A stretch of DNA of 15,039 bases, taken from contig WBXG01000039.1 in assembly GCA_008932965.1 (NCBI GenBank), positions 1-15,039 on the forward strand. Reading direction: 5' to 3'. A program made the position numbers and the translations under genes. This document shows positions 1 through 7,779 of the stretch, piece after piece. The notes under the pieces were generated by a model that was given only the letters and a program-made list of their open reading frames with translations, was not told the origin of the DNA and did not search any database. Numbering within the stretch: the first letter of the stretch is position 1; every line of letters begins with the position of its first letter. This stretch comes from Verrucomicrobiota bacterium (GTDB lineage: Bacteria > Verrucomicrobiota > Verrucomicrobiia > Chthoniobacterales > UBA6821).

Positions 1-243
1 CCGATTCTGCTGCGGCTTGCGAACACCTGATGGATACTGCGTCAGCTTCGAATTGCTCCTCGGGCAGTATGAAACATACAGCCTTGCGTCAAAATACTCA
101 TCTGCGTTGACTCGTTCGCTCCCGCTCGTCTCGCCCTTTCAGTGCTTCCTAAAGGGAGTCTCCACCGCGGTCTCCCGACCGCCGGTGGTGCTCTATCAGC
201 CTTTGCAACCTCCTCGTCACAATCAGTATGAAATATCCGGGTA
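1..243. repeat. MITE-like GC-rich intergenic repeat, copy A (left terminus cut by the window edge)
   Basis: Positions 3..83 match 4223..4303 at 78/81 nt. Positions 86..243 align along their length with 12393..12562. The reverse complement of the right end (tacccggatatttcatactgatt) matches the left terminus of copy B (taacccgaatatttcatgttgatt). The core 111..220 is about 63% G+C by hand count, against roughly 40% in the flanks. The copy lies downstream of the TPR gene stop. Confidence 0.75.
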
Positions 244-356
244 GCTCGCTTCTTATCTTTGCTTGCGCAGCATACAGGTGCTCTTTTCGATTTTAAAAAA
301 TAACCCTGGACCAAGTTTCTACTCCATCATTCCCATTTGTATTCACGTTTTTAGGA

Positions 357-2735
357 TTATTTCTTTGAGTCAAGAAGTGCATACTCTTCCATCGCTTTTT
401 TTGCCTCCTGCAAATTATTCGCATGGCGATAGGCTTCAGCCGCCTGACGAAGTGCTTGTTTTAATAATCCTTGATCGTGGGTTAATAGAGTAATAGCGCG
501 GTAAGCGCGGGCAGCACCATCATAATCTTGTTGTGCATAGAGAAGATCACCCGAGAGAAGACGTGCTTTCATATTGATGTTTCCTTCCGGTTGAAGCAGA
601 AGGGTCTCTTGGATCAAGCTGGTTGCTTGAGGGTAATTTTTAAGTCCTTTTTGAATTGTAGCACATGTCAATGTTGCCTCTGCACGTGCTTGAGGATCTC
701 TGGATAATTCGAGCGCTTTTGTTGCTGGGACCATGGCCTCACGAAATTTTTTTTCATCCGTTAGTGTCTGAGCTAATACTAGTTCAAGTTCACTCGTAAT
801 GAGGTCTGGGTTGTTACTCTTAGCAACAAGAGAGAGCCATTTTTCTGCTTGGTTTTTTTTACCAAGTTCAAAGGCTTTAAGCCCCATCCATTCTGCAACT
901 GCTAGCGGGATAGAGCTAGTAGCCAGATTGTCAGCCTCCTTGAGGGTTTCATGAACGTGTTGCAAGTAATAATGAGACAGCAGCAACCGCAATGTTGCTC
1001 GCTCTCCAAACTGCTTGGAATCGAGCGACCGAGCTTTTTCTAAAAAAGGAATGGCAGCAACGTACTCTTTGGATTCAAAAGAGGACCATCCTATCCAGAA
1101 GTTAGCTTGTCCAGCAGCTGTTGTCTGAGGGTACTCTTGTAAAAGTTGCTGAAATGTTGACACCATCTGCTGGTTATTTTGAAGCTGACCATGTAGCAAT
1201 GCTTTTTGCTGAAGGGCTAGTTGACGTTCAGGAGCTTCTGGATATTTTTTAATCAGAGTCTCGTAATCTGCGATAGCAGCGTTTCCATCACCACATTTTT
1301 GCTCTAACATGGCACGTTGAATGAATGCTGCTGGAATCTGAGGTGATTGAGGAAACGCTCCCATCCATTGAGATAAAAGAGGGAGTGCTTGTTTTATGTC
1401 GCCTGCCTGACTCCAAGCCCAAGCCTCTTTATAAAGCGCCTCTGATTTGAGATCAGGGGAAAGATCTGCTTTTTGAAGGGAGTCATATGCTTCTGCTGCT
1501 GCTTGATAATTTCCTAATTCAAAAAGAGTTTCTGCTTTGAGTAGTTGTGCTTGTGTTCTTTGATGTGGATTGGTGGTATTTTTTAAAAATATTTCTAGCT
1601 GCGCAAGCAAAGTAGGATCTTTGAGAGAGTGTAGGACTAAAAATCGAATAAAAGAGGCCTCAATGGCTGCATCGGAATTAGGAGAGAGAGCGATCAATCG
1701 ATCATAACATGAAAGCGCTTTTTTAAATTCTCCTAATTGTCGCTCGGTTTGTGCAGTTAAAAAAAGAGCTTGGGTTTGGACTTCGATATTGGAACTGGCA
1801 ATAGCTTGATCGCTATTTTTGAGTACGATGGGATACTCTTTCTTTTCATAAGCCATCTTCATCAAGGCTAGTGATGCGGAGCTTCCCCAATCTCCCGCAT
1901 TGGAGAGGGAGGCCGCTGAAGAAAAAAGTTGAGCTGCTTTCTCTTTTTTTTGTAAGCGATAAGCAATCATGCCAGCCTTAACAAAGGCTTCCGCTGAGAG
2001 TTGTTCTGAATTTTCTTTTCCAAGAGACTGATAAAGCTCTAAGGCCTTATCGTCGTTACCCAACTTTTCCTCATGTTGAGCAACGGCCATCTGAGCAGCA
2101 ATGCGGTTGGGGCCATCTTCATGAGCGACTTGATTAAAAATCTCTAAAGCTTTTTTATCGTTTTCAACCTGGTCATAACAGAGGGCAAGTTCATAGTAAG
2201 CAGCATTTTTTATTTTAGGGTCATTACCTAGTGAAACCGATTGCTCATAAGCAGCGATAGCCTGAGTGGTCTCTTTTCGTTTTTGATAATATTCTCCTAA
2301 TCGGTATGCAGCGCCTGCTGCAAAGACTCCTGAAGGAAACTCTTTAAGGAGTTGTTGGTATTCTTCTTTTGCAGCGATTTCATGATCAAGTTTACGATGG
2401 CACTCCCCCAGTCTAAAAAGTGCTTGATCACGATGAAACTGACCAGGGGAAGTCATCTGGATAAATTTTTCATACTCCACGCTAGCTAATGAAAATTCCT
2501 TGTGATTAAAAAATTCATCGGCTTTCTCCAGTTGATTGTTGGTCCATTGCTGAGCATCTGAAGATCTGACTGGAGCGAGCCGAATATCTTGTGACATGTC
2601 AACTTCCAGAGTGCTATTGGGTTTTTGCTTCGAAGTATTTTCTGGGTAAATAGGGATAGCACGACGTATTTCAGGAACAGAAGGGATTTCCTGAACTGGA
2701 GTAGTGAGCGCGAAAATGAAAAAAAACAGTATCAT
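357..2735 (-). CDS. Membrane-anchored tetratricopeptide (TPR) repeat protein, 792 aa
   Basis: This is a long uninterrupted ORF. It has an N-terminal hydrophobic anchor or signal (MILFFFIFALTT). The body consists of serial ~34-aa A/L/Y-rich helical repeats typical of TPR (e.g. AAYYELALCYDQVENDKKALEIFNQV, EALYKEAWAWSQAGDIKQALPLL, ALFRLGECHRKLDHEIAAKEEYQQLL). The ATG lies 14 nt after the ExbD stop. Confidence 0.85.
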   Translation of the reverse strand: MILFFFIFALTTPVQEIPSVPEIRRAIPIYPENTSKQKPNSTLEVDMSQDIRLAPVRSSDAQQWTNNQLEKADEFFNHKEFSLASVEYEKFIQMTSPGQFHRDQALFRLGECHRKLDHEIAAKEEYQQLLKEFPSGVFAAGAAYRLGEYYQKRKETTQAIAAYEQSVSLGNDPKIKNAAYYELALCYDQVENDKKALEIFNQVAHEDGPNRIAAQMAVAQHEEKLGNDDKALELYQSLGKENSEQLSAEAFVKAGMIAYRLQKKEKAAQLFSSAASLSNAGDWGSSASLALMKMAYEKKEYPIVLKNSDQAIASSNIEVQTQALFLTAQTERQLGEFKKALSCYDRLIALSPNSDAAIEASFIRFLVLHSLKDPTLLAQLEIFLKNTTNPHQRTQAQLLKAETLFELGNYQAAAEAYDSLQKADLSPDLKSEALYKEAWAWSQAGDIKQALPLLSQWMGAFPQSPQIPAAFIQRAMLEQKCGDGNAAIADYETLIKKYPEAPERQLALQQKALLHGQLQNNQQMVSTFQQLLQEYPQTTAAGQANFWIGWSSFESKEYVAAIPFLEKARSLDSKQFGERATLRLLLSHYYLQHVHETLKEADNLATSSIPLAVAEWMGLKAFELGKKNQAEKWLSLVAKSNNPDLITSELELVLAQTLTDEKKFREAMVPATKALELSRDPQARAEATLTCATIQKGLKNYPQATSLIQETLLLQPEGNINMKARLLSGDLLYAQQDYDGAARAYRAITLLTHDQGLLKQALRQAAEAYRHANNLQEAKKAMEEYALLDSKK

Positions 2736-2749
2736 TCAAGAATGCATTA

Positions 2750-3271
2750 TTATTCTGGACTCTGAACAGGAAGAGTAGGAGGAGCGCTAGCTTGAGAGGT
2801 TGCAAAAGCAACATTCCAAATATTGGCACTGCGGCATATGTCGAGAACTTGAATAATATAGTTATAGGGGGCTGTTGTATCACCCCGTAGAATGATCGCC
2901 TGGTCGGGATAAAGAGTGGCAATGTGTGTGAGTGTGGTGGTCAATTCTTCTGGAGAAAAAGTATGTCGATTCATAATAATCGAGCCATCAGCTTTAACGT
3001 TAATGATCACCTCACCTGGGGAGCGCCTTACCTCTTTTCCTTCATGAGCCGTTGGCACTTGAACATCGAGTTCTGTTTCATAACGTGAAAATGTCCATGT
3101 AAGCATGAAAAATCCAAGGAGCACGAGCAAGATGTCTACCATCGGGGCGATGAGAAAACCTTTTGGCTCAGCAGTAGTGTGGGAACGAAAATTCACAGGA
3201 AATGGAAAAAGGGAGGTTGATATAAAATTCCTGAGTTGAGAATAGCGATTTTGCAGATGATGTTTTCCCAC
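2750..3271 (-). CDS. Biopolymer transport protein, ExbD/TolR family
   Basis: It has a single N-terminal TM segment, IAPMVDILLVLLGFFMLTW, which matches the ExbD/TolR PliDvvfvLLiFF signature. A periplasmic domain follows (VIINVKADGSIIMNRHTF...DQAIILRGDTTAPYNYIIQVLDICRSANI). The start is uncertain. The longest ORF begins with GTG at 3271, and an in-frame GTG at 3196 would give a more typical product of about 149 aa. Confidence 0.85.
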   Translation of the reverse strand: MGKHHLQNRYSQLRNFISTSLFPFPVNFRSHTTAEPKGFLIAPMVDILLVLLGFFMLTWTFSRYETELDVQVPTAHEGKEVRRSPGEVIINVKADGSIIMNRHTFSPEELTTTLTHIATLYPDQAIILRGDTTAPYNYIIQVLDICRSANIWNVAFATSQASAPPTLPVQSPE

Positions 3272-3288
3272 AAAAAAGCTTTTCTAAA

Positions 3289-3325
3289 ACCAGGTGCACT
3301 ATCAAGGTGCCATCGAGGTGCGCTG
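3289..3325. repeat. Three tandem imperfect direct repeats (ATCRAGGTGC-like) in the exbB-exbD spacer
   Basis: The plus-strand hexamer AGGTGC occurs at 3292..3297, 3305..3310 and 3316..3321, a spacing of 13 and 11 nt. The extended matches are atcaAGGTGC and atcgAGGTGC. On the transcribed minus strand this reads GCACCT three times. Confidence 0.5.
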
Positions 3326-3431
3326 TAGCTTTAAAAAATCATTTTCCAGAAAAATCGTGACACAAACTATTTTATTTCAACTGCGAAATTGAGTTACAAG
3401 GTTGATTTATTCTCTATAAGGGCTTGTGACC

Positions 3432-4151
3432 CTATTCTTGAGTGCATTTCTTTTCTTCTGTTTTAGGAAGTAAGGTAAGAAGTTGTGTTGTTGCTGACTC
3501 CATATCAGCAATCATACAATGCACACGACTTCTAAAAAAAGCATAGGCAGCCATTGCTAAAATTCCTATAACAAGCCCCGCTGCTGTTGCAATAAGTGCT
3601 TGGCCAACACCTCCCGCTAAAAGCATAGGACGAGAAGCTGCTACGTCATTGGCCATCACATTAAAAGAACGGATCATCCCAAAGACAGTTCCTAGCAACC
3701 CAAGCATTGGGGAAATTGTAGCAATATCTGAAAGCCACAGAATTTTTTGTAAAAAATTATTGGCTTCCCTAGTTCCTTCGGTTTGTGCGATTTCACGGGC
3801 TTGTGCGAGAGTCGCTTGGGGATTGCGGGTTATAAAATCGATAGTCCGATTCATGATGAGGGCAACACTTTCAGTATGATGGTTTGATGCGGAGAGAAAG
3901 CCTAAAAGATCTCCTTTTCTAAGAAGCGTTTCCGCCATCCTCATATACTTCAAAGAGACAACGCTTCCTCCACGTAGCGTCACAAGATAAACTAAAATCA
4001 AGGCAAGTGTGATCATCGAAAGAAAAAGAAGGGGAAGCATCACCCATCCTCCGCGCACAACAACATCAAGGATGCTCCCTGTAGGTGCACCATGATTAGG
4101 ATCTAAGAAAAAATGAGCTGCCTGGGAAAGTAAAGTCGGAGAGGTCGTCAT
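3432..4151 (-). CDS. MotA/TolQ/ExbB-family proton channel
   Basis: The 239-aa ORF has three hydrophobic segments. It carries the family signature ISPMLGLLGTVFGMIRSF followed by ALIATAAGLVIGILAMAAYAFF. It lies upstream of, and co-directional with, the ExbD/TolR gene. Confidence 0.9.
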   Translation of the reverse strand: MTTSPTLLSQAAHFFLDPNHGAPTGSILDVVVRGGWVMLPLLFLSMITLALILVYLVTLRGGSVVSLKYMRMAETLLRKGDLLGFLSASNHHTESVALIMNRTIDFITRNPQATLAQAREIAQTEGTREANNFLQKILWLSDIATISPMLGLLGTVFGMIRSFNVMANDVAASRPMLLAGGVGQALIATAAGLVIGILAMAAYAFFRSRVHCMIADMESATTQLLTLLPKTEEKKCTQE

Positions 4152-4160
4152 GAATCGACT

Positions 4161-4189
4161 AATCTACCATCTGCTACTCTTTTTATCAA
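4161..4189 (-). promoter_or_regulatory. Candidate sigma70-type promoter for the exbB-like gene
   Basis: The minus strand reads TTGATA (4189..4184), a 17-nt spacer, then TAGATT (4166..4161), and the ATG follows 9 nt later. This implies a very short leader or a leaderless transcript. The call rests on a consensus match only. Confidence 0.25.
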
Positions 4190-4202
4190 CTCAGGAGGTT
4201 CA

Positions 4203-4383
4203 TAACCCGAATATTTCATGTTGATTCTGCTGCGGCTTGCAAACACCTGATGGATACGGCGTCAGCCTCGAATTGCTCCTCGGGCAGTATGAAACATACA
4301 GCCGTCGTCAGACTTCATTGCTCGCCTTACCCCATCAGCCTTCGCGACCTCCTCGTCACGATCAGTAAGAAATATTAGGGTTA
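4203..4383. repeat. MITE-like intergenic repeat, copy B (short, internally deleted variant)
   Basis: The left terminus 4203..4227 (taacccgaatatttcatgttgattc) matches the reverse complement of the right terminus 4383..4359 (taaccctaatatttcttactgatcg) at 19/25 positions, including 14 of the first 15. The left 81 nt are nearly identical to copy A. About 80-90 nt of the GC-rich core are absent relative to copies A and C. TA dinucleotides lie at both outer ends (4203..4204 and 4382..4383). Confidence 0.8.
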
Positions 4384-5133
4384 CAAATGATCAACTCCTC
4401 TTGTTAATTCTAAAAATCGCTTGAGTTCTTCAGTTTTAGGATGAGAAAAAAAATGCTTTGTTGCTCCCTGATCAATTATCTTTCCATTTGAAAAATAGAT
4501 CACTTGGTCAGCACATTTTTTGGCAAATTCCATTTCATGGGTCACCAAAACAAGGGGGATTTGAAAGGAGCGTAACTGTGCGATAAGTTCCAAAACTTCC
4601 GATTTCATTTCAGGATCGAGAGAAGAAGTTGGTTCATCAAAAAGTAAAAACTGGGGACGTGTGATTAAAGCTCTTGCAATGGCAACACGCTGTCCTTGAC
4701 CTCCGGAAAGTTGGTGTGGCTTTTGATGCTGATGTGCTGAGAGTTGGAGCTGATCTAATATCTCCTCAGCTTTTTTTTTGGCCACAGCATGTTCTAATCG
4801 TTGTACGACCGTAAGCGGTAGCATCACATTTTCAAGGGCTGTTAAGTGGGGAAAAAGATTTTGTTGTTGAAAGACAACACCTAGTTTTTGTCGGTAGTGG
4901 TACAAAGACTTTGTATCAAAACGTACGTTCTTTCCATCAACAGTTAGAGAACCACTTTCTGGAATTTCCAATCCAGCCAAAATTCGTAATAAAGTTGTTT
5001 TACCCCCACCACTTGGTCCCAATAATGCTAAGACATGTTGGAAAGTGATGGAGAACGATAAATCATCAAATAGATTTTTGAGTCTATGATGAACTAAAAA
5101 ACTTTTGTGAAGATGGGCAATGGTAATATTCAA
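4381..5133 (-). CDS. ABC transporter ATP-binding protein, polar amino acid (GlnQ/HisP/ArtP-like) family
   Basis: It has a Walker A motif (GPSGGGKTT), a Q-loop (VFQQQNLFPHLTALENV), the ABC signature (LSGGQGQRVAIARAL), a Walker B motif (LLFDEPTSSLD) and an H-loop (VTHEM). The start appears to be TTG at 5133, overlapping the permease stop (TTGA). Confidence 0.9.
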   Translation of the reverse strand: MNITIAHLHKSFLVHHRLKNLFDDLSFSITFQHVLALLGPSGGGKTTLLRILAGLEIPESGSLTVDGKNVRFDTKSLYHYRQKLGVVFQQQNLFPHLTALENVMLPLTVVQRLEHAVAKKKAEEILDQLQLSAHQHQKPHQLSGGQGQRVAIARALITRPQFLLFDEPTSSLDPEMKSEVLELIAQLRSFQIPLVLVTHEMEFAKKCADQVIYFSNGKIIDQGATKHFFSHPKTEELKRFLELTRGVDHL

Positions 5134-5903
5134 AGGATTAATTTTTTCTCTAGAAGCCGACTAGCCAGTGAGATGGGGAGCGTTAATATTAAATAGCCCA
5201 ATGCCAACGGGAAAAAACTTTCTAAGGTGCAGTAAGTCGCTGCGTTCACTTGTTGTGCGGCTAGTGTTAATTCAGAAATCCCAATAATAGAAAGCAACGA
5301 AGAATCTTTAATCAGAGAAGCTAACTGTCCTGCTAATGAGGGAAGTAGAGGACGCAAGGCTTGTGGAAGGATAACATAACGATATGTTTGAAATGTTGTT
5401 AGACCGATGGCCTTAGCTGATTCCCACTGGGGCTTGGGGATGACTTCGATGCTACCACGAATAAGCTCAGCAATATAGACACTACTAAAAAAAGAAAGGA
5501 TCAAAATTCCGGTTGCTAAGCGGCTTTGTAAGCCAATGCCATGAGCAACCACATAGAAAAAAAATAAAATCTGAGTGAGTAGTGGGGTGCCTCGTATTAC
5601 TTCAATAATGAGTAGTGTTAGGAGGCGTAATGATTTTAGTGAGGATCTTCGTGCTGTTACAATTAGCGCACCAAGAAAACAGCTCAGTAGGAGTGCCGTC
5701 ACCGAAATAAAGAAGGTCTCTAACCAGCCATGCCAAAAAACATTTCGGTAGTGCCCTACGAGAATCCATTTTGAAAAAGAAATTCTCATGCTTGCTTGGA
5801 AAACAAAGTTGCAAGCGATACTTACGGTGATAAGGCTCAATAAAAAAATAGACCCCCAAAGGAGACGATTTTTTCGTAAGGAAAATTCTTTTAAAAAAGT
5901 CAT
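5130..5903 (-). CDS. Amino acid ABC transporter permease (HisM/GlnP family)
   Basis: The 257-aa polytopic ORF has the EAA-type loop ESAKAIGLTTFQTYRYVILPQALRPLLP and the IRGTPLLTQILFFFY motif typical of polar-amino-acid permeases. Its ATG overlaps the tatD stop (ATGA). Confidence 0.88.
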   Translation of the reverse strand: MTFLKEFSLRKNRLLWGSIFLLSLITVSIACNFVFQASMRISFSKWILVGHYRNVFWHGWLETFFISVTALLLSCFLGALIVTARRSSLKSLRLLTLLIIEVIRGTPLLTQILFFFYVVAHGIGLQSRLATGILILSFFSSVYIAELIRGSIEVIPKPQWESAKAIGLTTFQTYRYVILPQALRPLLPSLAGQLASLIKDSSLLSIIGISELTLAAQQVNAATYCTLESFFPLALGYLILTLPISLASRLLEKKLIL

Positions 5904-6754
5904 ACTGAGAATCGAAAGAATCGCTCTGCTGCTGCCGTTGTTGTTGTGGCGACTTCCTCTAGTGAAATACCTCGTAATTCTGCTATTTTTTCTGCGATAA
6001 GGCGCACATGAGCAGGCTCTGCTCGTGTGCCACGATGGGGAACAGGAGCTAGGTAAGGAGCATCAGTTTCAAGCATGTAGTGATTTTGATCAACGCGTCG
6101 TGCTGTTTCCTGTACGAGGGGTGCATTTTTAAAAGTGATGATTCCAGTAAAAGAGATGAGATGTCCTTGAGCTATGACCTCATGAGCCTCTTCGGGTCCT
6201 CCCCCAAAACAATGAAACACGGCATGTACTTTGTTTGCATAAGAGCTGAGAATTTTTAATGCTTCCTCCCAAGCGTTGCAACGGTAAAGAAGAGAATCTA
6301 GTGGAAGCTTCTTTTTTTGATCCATAGAAAGATCGCGCTGATGAATGATGACATTGAGACCTAGCTCCAGCGCCAGATCGAGCTGTTGTTGGAAAAAATG
6401 TCTCTGATGCTCTCTCCATTTTTCTAAATTAAGGGGAGAGCGATCTGAGGGAGGATGATAGTAATCTAAACCAATTTCGCCTAATGCAACGACTTTAGGA
6501 TGCAAAGCAAGAAGTCTTAGTTGTGATTTCCAATCCTCTTTTTCCTCAGACACATTAGAAGGATGGATTCCTACAGCTGCATAAACACTGGGATAGCGAT
6601 CTGCAAGAGTGAGTGCAGCATGACTGCTCTGAATTCCCGTACCAATGGTGATAATACGTTTTATTCCTGCATCATGAGCACGCGTAATAACGGCATCAAG
6701 ATCACCTAAAAAACGAGGATCATCAAGATGAGCATGAGTTTCAATGAGCTCCAT
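5900..6754 (-). CDS. tatD: TatD-family metal-dependent hydrolase/DNase
   Basis: It carries the motifs LIETHAHLDD (HxH), LGEIGLDYYH, VIIHQRD, VFHCFGG and MLETDAPYLAPVPHRG, in the canonical TatD order. Confidence 0.88.
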   Translation of the reverse strand: MELIETHAHLDDPRFLGDLDAVITRAHDAGIKRIITIGTGIQSSHAALTLADRYPSVYAAVGIHPSNVSEEKEDWKSQLRLLALHPKVVALGEIGLDYYHPPSDRSPLNLEKWREHQRHFFQQQLDLALELGLNVIIHQRDLSMDQKKKLPLDSLLYRCNAWEEALKILSSYANKVHAVFHCFGGGPEEAHEVIAQGHLISFTGIITFKNAPLVQETARRVDQNHYMLETDAPYLAPVPHRGTRAEPAHVRLIAEKIAELRGISLEEVATTTTAAAERFFRFSV

Positions 6755-6788
6755 AATTCTTATGACTCCTCAATCTCTTTTTTGCCAG

Positions 6789-7772
6789 TTATTCATTATC
6801 GTCGTTGTATCCTAGTGGATGACGTTGATGCCACTTCCATGCGCTTTGGATAATTTTTTCAATCGACTGGTATTGAGGATTCCAACCGAGGTCTTTTTTT
6901 ATTTTTTCGGAGGAACCAATAAGTATTGGTGGATCACCGGCACGACGTGGTTTTTCTAAGATGGAAATAGGAAGTCCTGTGACACGACGGCAGCATTCAA
7001 TCACTTCTTTAACCGAGGTTCCACCTCCAGTACCAAGGTTATAAAAGGCACTCTCCTTGGATTGGAGAGCGAGTAAGTGCGCTTGAGCAAGATCAAGAAC
7101 ATGAATGTAGTCTCGAATGCAGCTACCGTCAGCAGTAGGATAATCAGTCCCATAAATTTCCACTTCTTTTTTTTGTCCCAAGGCCACTTGAAGTACATTG
7201 GGGATCAGATGGGTTTCAATGCGATGATCTTCTCCAAAGCATTCTGTAGCTCCAGCAGCATTAAAATAACGAAGTGCGACAAAAGTGATTTCATGGATTT
7301 TCCCATACCAGTCTAATATTTGTTCAAACATCAATTTTGATGCTCCGTAAGGATTAATCGGATGCTGCGGCATCAACTCGTTAATAGGCATGCTTCCTGG
7401 AACTCCAAAGGTGGCGCAGGTAGAAGAAAAAACAAATCGTTTCACCCCTTTTGTTACCATGGCATCTAAGAGATTTAATCCGCACGAAACATTGTTATAA
7501 AAATATTTTGAAGGATTCACCATCGATTCTCCGACAAGAGCATGAGCTGCAAAATGCATCACAGCTGTTGCTTTAGAATCCTCCAGTGCTTGTTCTAGGG
7601 CCAGGCGATCAGCCAGCTCTCCATAAAAAAATGTTGCTCGGGGATCTACCGCAGCACGATGTCCCTCGCTTAAATTATCAAAAACCGCTACCTGATAACC
7701 AGCATTGAGAAGTTCTTCGACACAGATGCTTCCAATATAGCCGGCTCCTCCAGTGACTAGGATTGTGTTCAT
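6789..7772 (-). CDS. galE: UDP-glucose 4-epimerase
   Basis: It has the N-terminal Rossmann motif MNTILVTGGAGYIGS, the catalytic YxxxK (NPYGASKLMFE), and RYFNAAGA and DGSCIRDYIHVLDLAQAH typical of GalE. I chose the ATG at 7772 (cat at 7770..7772). The 27-codon upstream extension of the track ORF to 7853 overlaps the regulator gene and has no homology logic. Confidence 0.9.
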   Translation of the reverse strand: MNTILVTGGAGYIGSICVEELLNAGYQVAVFDNLSEGHRAAVDPRATFFYGELADRLALEQALEDSKATAVMHFAAHALVGESMVNPSKYFYNNVSCGLNLLDAMVTKGVKRFVFSSTCATFGVPGSMPINELMPQHPINPYGASKLMFEQILDWYGKIHEITFVALRYFNAAGATECFGEDHRIETHLIPNVLQVALGQKKEVEIYGTDYPTADGSCIRDYIHVLDLAQAHLLALQSKESAFYNLGTGGGTSVKEVIECCRRVTGLPISILEKPRRAGDPPILIGSSEKIKKDLGWNPQYQSIEKIIQSAWKWHQRHPLGYNDDNE

Positions 7773-7779
7773 GAGATGA

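Noticed and set aside
41-60. A TTCGAAT heptamer in copies A and B resembles a tRNA T-loop, raising the idea of a tRNA-derived SINE-like element or a tRNA gene.
   Set aside because: The flanking bases form only a 3-bp stem (agc/gct). No acceptor, D or anticodon arms can be built on either strand. The motif is not present in copy C.
160-190. The reverse complement of the repeat core (GGTCGGGAGACCGCGG) superficially resembles the cobalamin-riboswitch B12 box (AGYCMGGAGACCKGCC).
   Set aside because: The GGAGACC core is not conserved in copy C (GGTAGACC). Other cobalamin riboswitch elements are absent. The element occurs three times and never upstream of B12-related genes.
17-244. Plus-strand 75-aa ORF spanning repeat copy A.
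   Set aside because: It lies entirely within the repeat. It has no counterpart ORF in copies B or C, no SD sequence and no recognisable domain.
42-314. Minus-strand ORFs inside the repeats (42..314, 90 aa, and 12342..12572, 76 aa) translate to similar peptides (TRIFHTD-DEE-A-AD-APPA-GRPR...). Copy B even stays open in the same frame.
   Set aside because: The start codons of both ORFs lie outside the repeat, in unrelated flanking DNA. Copy B has no start codon in that frame, and an in-frame stop lies just upstream at 4391..4393. The R/A/P/G-rich composition is what translation of GC-rich non-coding DNA gives. The similarity simply reflects nucleotide homology of the repeat.
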